Origin: Chloroflexi bacterium RBG_13_53_26
GTDB lineage: Bacteria; Chloroflexota; Dehalococcoidia; UBA2247; RBG-13-53-26
NCBI GenBank assembly: GCA_001795035.1
Contig: MGMW01000032.1
Span: 1-35,741 of the forward strand
Length of the DNA: 35,741 bases
Direction of reading: 5' to 3'
Of this stretch, positions 24,116 to 32,353 are shown in pieces. A program made the translations under genes and the position numbers. The notes below the pieces were generated by a model that ran no database searches, had not been told where the DNA came from, and saw only the letters and a program-made list of their open reading frames with translations. Every line of letters starts with the position of its first letter. Position 1 is the first letter of the stretch.

Positions 24116-25243
24116 CTACAGCCCGATCTCTTTCGCCACGAATCGTCGCTGATACTGAGCATCGCCAAATGCAAATTCAGATGCCTTGGTTCGCTTGGAA
24201 TACAGAGGCAGGTCATGGTCTTCACAGAAGCCAATGGCCCCATGACACTGATGTGCCAGGTCGGAAATCCGCTTGTAGGCTTCGCTGGCCCATGCCTTGG
24301 CCATGGCGGCATCTTTGCTGAAAGGAAGGTTTTCGTTAACCTTCCATGCCGCCAGATAGGTAATGTACCTCATCCCCTCCAAGTCAACCATCATATTGGC
24401 GCAGTGATGCTGTATTGCCTGGAGGCTGCCAATCGGATGGTCAAACTGAACCCTCTCCTTGGCATATGTGACAGTCATGTCAAGGACTTGCTGAGCCCCA
24501 CCCAGCATCTCGGCACACTTGAGCACCGTGGCTATCTCCAGCAGTCTCTTGATGTGGTCCTTGTCCGTGTGAGTCTCTCCCAGCCTATTGCTTTCGGGAA
24601 TTCTCACTCCTTTGAAGATGACCTGGCACTGTTTGTCTCCAGCCATGGTATCGATCGGGGTCAAACTCATATTCGGGCTACTGGCATCCACGAGAAACAA
24701 GTCGATACCTTCCCGCCTGGTCCCGTGGCTGCTTCTGGCTGCACATACTATCAGGTCAGCTACTTGGGCGTTTTCGACGAAGAGTTTGGTGCCGTTGATG
24801 ACATATTCATTGCCGTCTGCGGTGGCCTGGCACTGAAGATCATCCAACTCGTAACCGGTGCCTGGCTCGCTGAAGGCGGTGGTTAGGATCAACTCGCCTG
24901 AAGCTATTTGGGGAAGCAACTCTGCCTGTTGGTGCTCACTTCCCATTTTGAGAAGTGCCAGAGTGCCTATCAGAGATGAGTGGAAGGGGCCGGGCAAGCA
25001 GGCTCTTCCCATCTCCTCAACCAGGGCCACAACGTCAAGGAAGCTGCCTCCTATCCCTCCATACTTTTCCGGGATAATGAGCCCTGTCCACCCCAGTTCC
25101 GCAAGCTTGTTCCACAGATCGGGGGTGTATCCCTTCTCATCCTTGACCATCTTCCTGACCAAATCCTTAGGGCACTCAGTGGCAAGGAAATCACGAGCTA
25201 TCTTGCGCAGCATTTCTTGTTCTTCGGTAAAGGAAAAGTCCAT
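24116..25243 (-). CDS. acyl-CoA dehydrogenase family protein, divergent ('beta-like') subunit
   Basis: ATG 25243 (MDFSFTEEQEMLRKIARDF) has AGGAG upstream. The track's longer ORF overlaps the upstream ACAD. 'AFSEPGTGYELDD' deviates from the ACAD signature (G-[ST]-D). The C-terminal 'FAFGDAQYQR' has Phe at the MCAD catalytic-Glu position. Confidence 0.87.
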   Translation of the reverse strand: MDFSFTEEQEMLRKIARDFLATECPKDLVRKMVKDEKGYTPDLWNKLAELGWTGLIIPEKYGGIGGSFLDVVALVEEMGRACLPGPFHSSLIGTLALLKMGSEHQQAELLPQIASGELILTTAFSEPGTGYELDDLQCQATADGNEYVINGTKLFVENAQVADLIVCAARSSHGTRREGIDLFLVDASSPNMSLTPIDTMAGDKQCQVIFKGVRIPESNRLGETHTDKDHIKRLLEIATVLKCAEMLGGAQQVLDMTVTYAKERVQFDHPIGSLQAIQHHCANMMVDLEGMRYITYLAAWKVNENLPFSKDAAMAKAWASEAYKRISDLAHQCHGAIGFCEDHDLPLYSKRTKASEFAFGDAQYQRRFVAKEIGL

Positions 25244-25263
25244 ACTCCTATCCTTTTCCCCTT

Positions 25264-26445
25264 CTAACCTCTGGGCAACCCCAAACCTCTGAGGGCTATG
25301 GTGGTTCTCTGTATTTCTGAAGTGCCGCCAGCGAGGCTGATGCCTCTGTTGAATATATAAAGGAACATGAATCTTTTCCGCAGGTTGGCCCATCTGGATT
25401 CTTCCTTGAGTTGTATCTCTGGCCCCAGTATCTGTAACCCTACGTTAGCGATTCGCTGTCCCAGTTCGTCAGCGAAGACTTTGACCACTGAGGATTCCCA
25501 GCTTATGCTGGCTCCCTTGTTCAGCAACCAGGCAGCATGGTAATTGAGCATGCGGCTCACTTCAAGTTCCACAGCCAGTTCGGCCAGGGTGTCCCGGATT
25601 TTCTGGTTGTCTTTCAATCTGTGACCGTCGTACTTTGCCTCATTGACATATTCGACAAGCTCTTCCAGATCTTTCTTGCTTCCTGCATGCCTCAGGCATC
25701 TGCCCCAGAACCTGTCTCCTTCGAGAGCTTCAAAAACCAGAGGGAGCCCACGGTTCTCCTGTCCGAGGAGGTATTTCTTGTGAACACGAGCATCCTCGAG
25801 AAATATCTCAGTGAAAGACTTGGCGCCAGCCATATCGATAATCGGGTTCACTGTTACCCCGGGGCTCCTCACATCCACGAGGAACGTACTCAGGCCCCTG
25901 GATTTCGGAGCATCGGGGTCTGTCCTAGCCAGGAGCAAGCACCACTCTGCCAGATGGGCCCCGGTGGGCCAGATCTTCTGTCCATTGATTACGTAGTAGT
26001 CCTCGTCTTTCATCGCCCGGGTGGCGGTGTTCAGCAGGTCAGAGCCTGCTCCAGGTTCGCTCAGCCCTGTGGAGAAGAGTATCTCCGCCTTTGCCATCTT
26101 TGGCAGGAATTCCTGCTTTTGCTCTTCGGTGCCGTAGCGCAGAATACCCGTAGCTACAGCGTCACCAAACAAATGACCATACTGTGGAGCTCTGTGGTAT
26201 GCCAGTTCCTCGGCGGCCACAAAACGCTCCATTGTGGAGCCCCCCATGCCCCCATACTCCTTTGGCCAGGCTATCGATAGCCAACCCTTTTCCCCCAGTC
26301 GCCTGGTGAAGGCGCGAGACCATCCGCCGAAGCCATATCCCTCGTCCTCAATCTCGCACGGGAAGCTCTCTGGTGGCTCCTTCTGGCAAAACTCTTTGAC
26401 TTCTGCCCTAAGCTTCTCTTCCTGTTCGGAAAATCGAAAATCCAT
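25264..26445 (-). CDS. acyl-CoA dehydrogenase family protein ('alpha-like', FadE type ending ...GGTSEIQRxxIAxRGLGLPR)
   Basis: MDFRFSEQEEKLRAEVKEF. The canonical GLSEPGAGSDL signature is present, as is WPTGAHLAEWCLLLARTD. The C-terminus is LAGGTSEIQRTTIALRGLGLPRG. Confidence 0.9.
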   Translation of the reverse strand: MDFRFSEQEEKLRAEVKEFCQKEPPESFPCEIEDEGYGFGGWSRAFTRRLGEKGWLSIAWPKEYGGMGGSTMERFVAAEELAYHRAPQYGHLFGDAVATGILRYGTEEQKQEFLPKMAKAEILFSTGLSEPGAGSDLLNTATRAMKDEDYYVINGQKIWPTGAHLAEWCLLLARTDPDAPKSRGLSTFLVDVRSPGVTVNPIIDMAGAKSFTEIFLEDARVHKKYLLGQENRGLPLVFEALEGDRFWGRCLRHAGSKKDLEELVEYVNEAKYDGHRLKDNQKIRDTLAELAVELEVSRMLNYHAAWLLNKGASISWESSVVKVFADELGQRIANVGLQILGPEIQLKEESRWANLRKRFMFLYIFNRGISLAGGTSEIQRTTIALRGLGLPRG

Positions 26446-26460
26446 TGGCTCTATCCTTCT

Positions 26461-26835
26461 TTAACCTGTTTTCATCGGAGGCATGATTGCCACGTCTTCG
26501 ACAGCTATCTTGATTGCGGAGTGGACTTTCATCTTGAGTGGAGCGAATTGAGATTTGAAGGACTCAAATAGATCGCCAGATTCGATTATCTCTGCTTTCC
26601 CCCGGATTCTGCATCCTCCCCAGGTAGCTGGGTCGAAGACTATTACTTCGACTTGGGGATTTTCCTTGAGATTGGCAATAGTACCAGGGGACGCTATTTC
26701 TGCGAATGCGACATGCTCATCATCCAATACCCGAAAAGAACCCTTTGGGGAGACATTTGGTTTGCCATTCTTGCTTGCGGTGGCTACAAAAGCAGGCTGG
26801 ATCGCGGCAATCATTTTCTTGGCTTCTTGAGGCAA
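26461..26835 (-). CDS. pyridoxamine 5'-phosphate oxidase-like FMN/F420-binding split-barrel protein
   Basis: 'LPQEAKKMIAAIQPAFVATASKNGKPNVSPKGSFRVLDDEHVAFAEIASPGTIANLKENPQVEVIVFD' is the typical PNPOx-like N-terminal pattern. The start is uncertain. Candidates are TTG 26835 (AGGAGG 15 nt upstream), TTG 26889 (track) and ATG 26814. Confidence 0.78.
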   Translation of the reverse strand: MPQEAKKMIAAIQPAFVATASKNGKPNVSPKGSFRVLDDEHVAFAEIASPGTIANLKENPQVEVIVFDPATWGGCRIRGKAEIIESGDLFESFKSQFAPLKMKVHSAIKIAVEDVAIMPPMKTG

Positions 26836-26864
26836 TATGGCCGTGGCGCACCTCCTGAACAAGA

Positions 26865-26894
26865 ATTCTAGCACTTGGCGGTTGGGCAAGGCAA
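26865..26894 (-). promoter_or_regulatory. sigma70-like promoter candidate for the acyl-CoA cassette
   Basis: The minus strand reads TTGCCT (26894..26889), an 18-nt spacer, then TGcTAGAAT (extended -10; TAGAAT at 26870..26865). AGGAGG follows at 26856..26851. Confidence 0.3.
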
Positions 26895-26910
26895 ATATGA
26901 AATGTTGTCA

Positions 26911-26936
26911 AGAGGATGATAACAGAGGATGATAAC
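26911..26936. repeat. perfect tandem direct repeat, 2 x 13 bp (AGAGGATGATAAC)
   Basis: Read directly from the sequence. 26911..26923 is identical to 26924..26936. The repeat lies in the divergent intergenic region between the acyl-CoA cassette and malQ, just upstream of the candidate -35. Confidence 0.8.
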
Positions 26937-27256
26937 AACTGGGAGTGATGGTAGAATAGACAGATACAAGTCGAGATGAAGACACTTGTTGGCAGATTGA
27001 AGTCACTGCTAGGTTGGGTGCGCACCCGTCCTCCGAGGACTCTGCTTTTTCTATTGTTGATCGAATCCTTTGTTTTCCTGTTGCTCATTGTTGTTCTGCT
27101 ATGGGTGGTGTTTGTCAGGCAGTAGTAGTTGCCCGAGTGGCGCACACCACCTTATGGTTCTTGGGTTTACTTCAGTTGTGCTACATGCCTATGTTCGAGA
27201 ATATCTCATTCCCACCGACTTCGTTTGGGATCTCACGGTTGTTGAAGGATCAATGA

Positions 27257-29392
27257 ATGAAAACTCGTCATAACCTCTCGCAGCTTCACGAACTGGCTCA
27301 TGCGCATGGAATTGAAACCGATTATTACGACATGGGCAATCATAGAAGGGAAGCTTCTCCGGAAGCTATCTTGTTGGTGCTCAAAGCCCTGGGATCCCCA
27401 GTCGAGACCTTTGACGATATTCCTTCTGCATTGAAGGAGCGTCACCAAGCTACCTGGAGACGATGTCTGGAGCCGGTTGTTGTGGTGTGGGATGGGGTGC
27501 CTGCTGCAGTAGAGCTACGTCTGCCTCTGGATCAAGCCACAGGTTCTCTGGCGTACCACCTGAATCTTGAGAACGGAGGTGTGCGGAGTTGGTCGTGTGA
27601 TGTGGCCGAGTTGCCTACACTGGAGTCGGTCAACCTGGGTGGTGAACGCTATGTGCGTAAGAGACTTCCTATCCCGAGTGTGCTACCCTGGGGGTATCAT
27701 CGACTTGTAGTAGAAGCACCAGCGAAGCTTTCTGAGTCTATGCTTATAAGTGCTCCACAGGAGGCATATCCTTCTCCTGAAGGATCGGTGGACAGGGTCT
27801 GGGGTATGTTCCTTCCGTTGTATGCTCTCCACACACAGCGCAGTTGGGGAAGTGGCGATTTCTCTGACCTGGAAACCCTCATCGAGTGGGTTTCTCGCTT
27901 GGGTGGTAGTGTAGTAGCTACGCTTCCCCTCTTGGCCTGCTTCTTTGACGAACAGTACGATCAAAGCCCCTATGCCCCGGTGAGCCGCCTGTTCTGGAAT
28001 GAATTCTATCTCGACGTGACCGAGATTCCGGAGCTAAGAAAATGCGACCCTGCGCAGGCTATGCTTGAGTCAGACGATTTCAAGAAGGAACTCGAAGCTT
28101 TGCGCTCTCTTCGTTTGGTTGACCACAGCCGTCAGATGAGTTTGAAGCGGGCAGTCCTCAAAGAGCTAGCGGGGTGCTTCTTTTCGGAAGCAAGCGATCG
28201 CCTGGCGGGGTTCCGTCGCTTTGTGGAATCGCAACCTCGAGTCGAGGATTATGCCTGTTTTCGTGCTGCCTGTGAACGTCAAAATAGACCTTGGTGGGAA
28301 TGGCCGCAGCCGCTGCGTGATGGCATTTTGAAAAGGGACGACTACGATGAAGAGACCAAACGTTACCATACATACGTGCAGTGGCTGGCTCATCAGCAGT
28401 TGCATGATCTGTCTGAGAAGTCTCGTGAGCGTGGCTCAGGATTGTACATGGATCTACCCCTTGGCGTTCGCCCCGATGGTTATGATGTATGGCGTGAACG
28501 CGATCTCTTTGCCATGGACGTCGTTGTGGGGGCACCACCGGACATTTTGTACAGCAAGGGGCAGAATTGGCTTTTCCCGCCGCCCCATCCAGAAGCGATC
28601 AGAGAACAGCAATATCGATATATCACAGACTATCTGGACAACCACCTGAAATATGCAGGTCTTCTTCGGATGGACCACGTGATGAGTCTGCATCGGCTCT
28701 TTTGGATTCCAAAAGGCTTTCAGCCCAGCGATGGAATCTATGTCCGCTATGCTGACGATGAACTATGTGCTATCTTGAGTCTCGAGTCTCACAGACACCG
28801 ATGTCCTATTGTGGGAGAGAATCTCGGGACTGTGCCAGAATATGTCAATGAGATGATGTCAAGGCACAACATCCATGGCATGTATGTTGTCCAGTATGAA
28901 CTAACCCTTGACAGAGATGAGCCACTTCGGAAAGTTCTTGATAAGGAGATAGCGAGCCTCAATACCCATGATATGCCACCGTTCTCAGCATATTGGGGAG
29001 GTTTGGATATTGAAGACAGACTTGCGCGTGGCCTCTTGGATATGGCAGGTGCCCGGGCTGAGCAAGAAACCCGTCAGGCTCTCAAGCGGGCTATAGTGTG
29101 TTTTCTGCAGAGAGACGGATGGCTCCAGGGTAGCCCAGTTGACGATGCGTATGCTGTTCTCAGTGCTTGCTTGAAGTTTCTGGGTGCCAGTCCAGCCAGG
29201 GTTGTTCTGGTAAACCTGGAGGATCTCTGGTTGGAGGTAGAACCTCAGAATCGCCCTGGTATTCTGGGGGAATGCTCTAACTGGCGGAGAAAAGCACAGC
29301 ACAGTCTTCAGTCATTCTCGAAGATGCCCGAGGTGCAGGATACCCTGAAGGAGATAGACAGGCTGATCAAGCAAGCTGGTGGGAAGCCCTAG
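27257..29392 (+). CDS. malQ: 4-alpha-glucanotransferase (amylomaltase, GH77) with MalQ-type N-terminal extension
   Basis: 711 aa. SPYAPVSRLFWNEFYLD, GLYMDLPLGV, LLRMDHVMSLHRLFWIP, VGENLGTVP and LNTHDMPP are GH77 catalytic-region motifs. The N-terminus 'LHELAHAHGIETDYYDMGNHRREASPEAILLVLKALG' resembles E. coli MalQ. Confidence 0.92.
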   Translation: MKTRHNLSQLHELAHAHGIETDYYDMGNHRREASPEAILLVLKALGSPVETFDDIPSALKERHQATWRRCLEPVVVVWDGVPAAVELRLPLDQATGSLAYHLNLENGGVRSWSCDVAELPTLESVNLGGERYVRKRLPIPSVLPWGYHRLVVEAPAKLSESMLISAPQEAYPSPEGSVDRVWGMFLPLYALHTQRSWGSGDFSDLETLIEWVSRLGGSVVATLPLLACFFDEQYDQSPYAPVSRLFWNEFYLDVTEIPELRKCDPAQAMLESDDFKKELEALRSLRLVDHSRQMSLKRAVLKELAGCFFSEASDRLAGFRRFVESQPRVEDYACFRAACERQNRPWWEWPQPLRDGILKRDDYDEETKRYHTYVQWLAHQQLHDLSEKSRERGSGLYMDLPLGVRPDGYDVWRERDLFAMDVVVGAPPDILYSKGQNWLFPPPHPEAIREQQYRYITDYLDNHLKYAGLLRMDHVMSLHRLFWIPKGFQPSDGIYVRYADDELCAILSLESHRHRCPIVGENLGTVPEYVNEMMSRHNIHGMYVVQYELTLDRDEPLRKVLDKEIASLNTHDMPPFSAYWGGLDIEDRLARGLLDMAGARAEQETRQALKRAIVCFLQRDGWLQGSPVDDAYAVLSACLKFLGASPARVVLVNLEDLWLEVEPQNRPGILGECSNWRRKAQHSLQSFSKMPEVQDTLKEIDRLIKQAGGKP

Positions 29393-29409
29393 TTACCTTT
29401 GTTCTGCTG

Positions 29410-30171
29410 CTATCGCGCTACTAGTCCGCCATCAATGGCCATAGGGTGGCCAGTAATGAACGAAGCTGCATCTGAGCACAGCCACACAACAGCTTCGGCG
29501 ATTTCTTCAGGCTCGCCCAGCCGGCCTATTGGTTCCATAGCTACATAACCTGCTTCTCTGTGTGGCTTGGTCTCCAGACGCCGGCCAATCATTGGGGTAC
29601 GGATAACTCCGGGGCATATGGCGTTTACACGAATGCCAGATTTGGCGTAGTCCAATGCTGCTGACTTGGTCAAACCGACAACTCCATGCTTGCTGGCGAC
29701 ATAAGCAGCTTGAGCTGGGAAGCCGATCAATCCTGCCACTGAGGCAGTGTTGACGATAGCTCCGTTACCCTGACTTAGCATGTATGGAATCTCATACTTC
29801 ATGCAGAGCCATACACCTTTGAGGTTAATGGCGACTACACGATCCCAGTTCTCTTCATTGACGTTCTCGATCGAAGCTATCTCTCCACCTATGCCAGCAT
29901 TGTTGAAGGCGCAGTCCAGTCGGCCATAGGTATCGACGGCCTTTCTGACCATGGCCTCTACCTCGACTGCTCGGGTCACATCAGTCTTGACGAAGATGGC
30001 TTCACTGCCAGCTTTCTTGACCATCTGCAGTGTCTCTTCGCTTCCATCTTCTACTATGTCGGCAACGATGATTTTTGCCCCTTCCCTGGCGAATGCTGCA
30101 GCAGTGGCACGGCCGATGCCAGAGCTTCCGCCGGTTACCAGAGCGACCTTCCCTTCGAGTCTTTTTGTCAT
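29410..30171 (-). CDS. SDR family oxidoreductase (classical short-chain dehydrogenase)
   Basis: [16 protein letters not shown] (TGxxxGxG), NNAG and [13 protein letters not shown] (YxxxK). GGAGG lies upstream of ATG 30171. Confidence 0.92.
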   Translation of the reverse strand: MTKRLEGKVALVTGGSSGIGRATAAAFAREGAKIIVADIVEDGSEETLQMVKKAGSEAIFVKTDVTRAVEVEAMVRKAVDTYGRLDCAFNNAGIGGEIASIENVNEENWDRVVAINLKGVWLCMKYEIPYMLSQGNGAIVNTASVAGLIGFPAQAAYVASKHGVVGLTKSAALDYAKSGIRVNAICPGVIRTPMIGRRLETKPHREAGYVAMEPIGRLGEPEEIAEAVVWLCSDAASFITGHPMAIDGGLVAR

Positions 30172-30561
30172 GAAACCTCCATAGTCCTTAATGATTCTTC
30201 ATGCCAAGTTCCGTCCGAGTTTGTGCTGCAGGAGAAACAACATCGGATGTTTTGCTGTTATTCTGGGTCTTGGTAGATTGGTGCTTTTGCGGACAGTTGC
30301 AGTACTTCTCATCAAAAATGTTGGAGTATTTGCAGAAGGTTTCTGAGCCTTTAGCTTGAATTCTCTCAAGCCAGTATATGGGCTTTTCTGAGCCTTCGTC
30401 AATTCATAACTGTACGCTGCATCTGTGCTCCATTGTTGTAGTCAGGATGCTTGGGCTTCAGGTTTACTAGACAGTGAGAAAGTGATAGATTAGGCAATGA
30501 GCGCTTTCAATATCGGGACTGGGTCTGTCCCTATTGAGAGCTGGAGGGCTATGTTCTAGCC

Positions 30562-31446
30562 ATGGAAAGAGAATTCATGTCATACAAAAAGCCCAAATTG
30601 AGGAATCCAAGATTGATAATGGCATTGCCGGACGCTGGGTATGTTGGCTTGGGGATTGTTGACTACCTCAAGGACAAGTTGCAGGCTGAGGAGTTTGGTA
30701 GGATTGAGCCTCAAGATTTCTCGTCGATGCCTTGGATTTCTGTGAAGAATGGGTTGATGAAAGAGCTGGAACTGATGAAAAACGGGTTCTATTACTGGAG
30801 GAATAGGGGATCCGGGGATGATCTGATTCTTTTCAAAAGTGAACAGCCGACGGCGAGAGTTCATGAGTACGTTCGCCTGGTTCTGGACTATGCTTGTCAG
30901 TCTGGAGTCAAGAGGTTGTACATAGTCGGGGCGTTTGGTGCAATGGGAATAACCCACTCCGAGAGACCACCTGTATTGGGAGTTATTAATCTACCCCATT
31001 TGAAAGAACTTCTAGGGAAGTCTGGGGTTAACCTGTATCCGGAGTACAAGGGTGTTGGCACTATACATTCCTTGTTCTTGTGGTTTGCCAAGGAGAGGGA
31101 TATTGAAGCCATTGGCTTGTGGTCGCCTATACCGCACTATATCGCCAGGCTTCCATCCCCTTGGAGTAATTATCCCAAGGCATCTCTGTCTATTTTGGAG
31201 AAGGTCATCGATCTCGAGGGCATAGCAGTTGACACCGGGGAACTTGAGGCAATGGCTAAGCGCACAGAGGCAGAAATGGGTAGTATGTACGATGAGCTGT
31301 ATGAGGAAACCCAGAAGGAGTCCACGTATCTGGACGTCGAGAAACCGACCATCTATCCTGAGGGTGCTACGAAGACGATAAGCGATGAAGAGCTTAGGGG
31401 GATGGTGAGAGACATAGAAGACTTTTTCAAGAGGGGTAAACAGTGA
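30562..31446 (+). CDS. PAC2 (proteasome assembly chaperone 2-like) family protein
   Basis: 294 aa. 'LRNPRLIMALPDAGYVGLGIVDYLKDKLQAEEFGRIEPQDF', 'DLILFKSEQPTARVHEYVRLVLDYACQSGVKRLYIVGAFG' and 'GTIHSLFLWFAKERDIEAIGLWSPIPHY' fit the PAC2 family layout as I recall it. The start could be ATG 30577. Confidence 0.7.
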   Translation: MEREFMSYKKPKLRNPRLIMALPDAGYVGLGIVDYLKDKLQAEEFGRIEPQDFSSMPWISVKNGLMKELELMKNGFYYWRNRGSGDDLILFKSEQPTARVHEYVRLVLDYACQSGVKRLYIVGAFGAMGITHSERPPVLGVINLPHLKELLGKSGVNLYPEYKGVGTIHSLFLWFAKERDIEAIGLWSPIPHYIARLPSPWSNYPKASLSILEKVIDLEGIAVDTGELEAMAKRTEAEMGSMYDELYEETQKESTYLDVEKPTIYPEGATKTISDEELRGMVRDIEDFFKRGKQ

Positions 31447-31453
31447 CCGCTTT

Positions 31454-32302
31454 ATGAAGAGAGTTGGCGTAATCTACCATCCGAAAATCATGGCAGCCGG
31501 AATTCTGGCGGAACAGCTTGCCCGGATTCTGCCATCTCTGGAGAGTACTGCTTGGACCTGTTCTGCTTGGGATGATCAGAATATGAGAGCCCAGTGTCCA
31601 GGTACTGACTTGGCTATTAGTGTCGGAGGTGATGGGACTATATTGCGAGTGGCTCGAGCTGTGAGTGATTGGGAGACACCTATACTTGGAGTGAATCTGG
31701 GGCATCTGGGGTTTATGACTGAGCTTTCTGCTGACGATATAATGGGTAGACTGGCGTCTGTGTTGAACGGTGAAGGTTGGATTGACCATCGCATGATGCT
31801 GCAGGTGGACCTGCAGTGCAGGGATAGGAGCAAACATGGCGAGGAACTGCCTCAACCTCTGTCTGCTCTCAATGATGTCGTAGTGGGGCGAGGCGCAGTA
31901 TCCAGGGTGGTCTATGTGAAAACCAGCATAGATGGTGTGCTTCTGACGCTCTACAAAGCTGATGGGGTTATTATTGCTACGGCGACGGGAAGCACTGGCT
32001 ATTGTCTGGCTGCTGGAGGCCCGATCCTCTATCCGCAGGCTGAGGATATTCTGATTAAGCCTATCTCGGCCCATTTGACGCTGGCTTACCCTTTGGTATT
32101 GCCATCTGCGGCCGTGATAGAGTTGGAGGTTCAGACTGACCACGAAGCCATGCTAAGCGTAGACGGTCAGATAAACATGGCTCTACATGATGGGGATAAG
32201 ATTATAGCGAGGCGAGGTCCACATGTTGCTCGCTTGGTAAGGGTAAATCCCCCCTCGTTCTTCTACAGTACACTGGAACGGAGACTGAAAGTAAAAGACT
32301 GA
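31454..32302 (+). CDS. nadK: NAD(+) kinase
   Basis: DLAISVGGDGTILRVAR, LGVNLGHLGFMTE, NDVVV and ATATGSTGYCLAAGGPI. Confidence 0.93.
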   Translation: MKRVGVIYHPKIMAAGILAEQLARILPSLESTAWTCSAWDDQNMRAQCPGTDLAISVGGDGTILRVARAVSDWETPILGVNLGHLGFMTELSADDIMGRLASVLNGEGWIDHRMMLQVDLQCRDRSKHGEELPQPLSALNDVVVGRGAVSRVVYVKTSIDGVLLTLYKADGVIIATATGSTGYCLAAGGPILYPQAEDILIKPISAHLTLAYPLVLPSAAVIELEVQTDHEAMLSVDGQINMALHDGDKIIARRGPHVARLVRVNPPSFFYSTLERRLKVKD

Positions 32303-32353
32303 GGATGGAATAGTAGTGCTTGAGTGATGAATTGCTAATGGGTTGCAGTCAGA

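Noticed and set aside
25244-25393. 50-codon N-terminal extension of the downstream ACAD (track start 25393). Analogous extensions exist for DUF1786 (1928..2005) and ruvX (9835..9894).
   Set aside because: The extensions overlap the preceding genes and precede canonical family N-termini (MDFSFTEEQ..., MLILAVDIGT..., MEGRVLGLDVG...) that have their own SD sequences.
27014-27256. 80-aa ORF whose TGA abuts the malQ ATG, and overlapping ORF 27070..27273
   Set aside because: The composition is Cys/hydrophobic-rich, there is no SD and no family resemblance. The ORF lies in a T-rich intergenic region, and the stop/start adjacency is likely coincidental.
30199-30402. 67-aa TTG-initiated ORF from the track (MTKAQKSPYTGLREFKLKAQK...)
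   Set aside because: It has a K/R/T/P-rich low-complexity composition and no recognisable family. The neighbouring frame looks more protein-like (see the finding at 30188..30433). I do not call either as a confident CDS.
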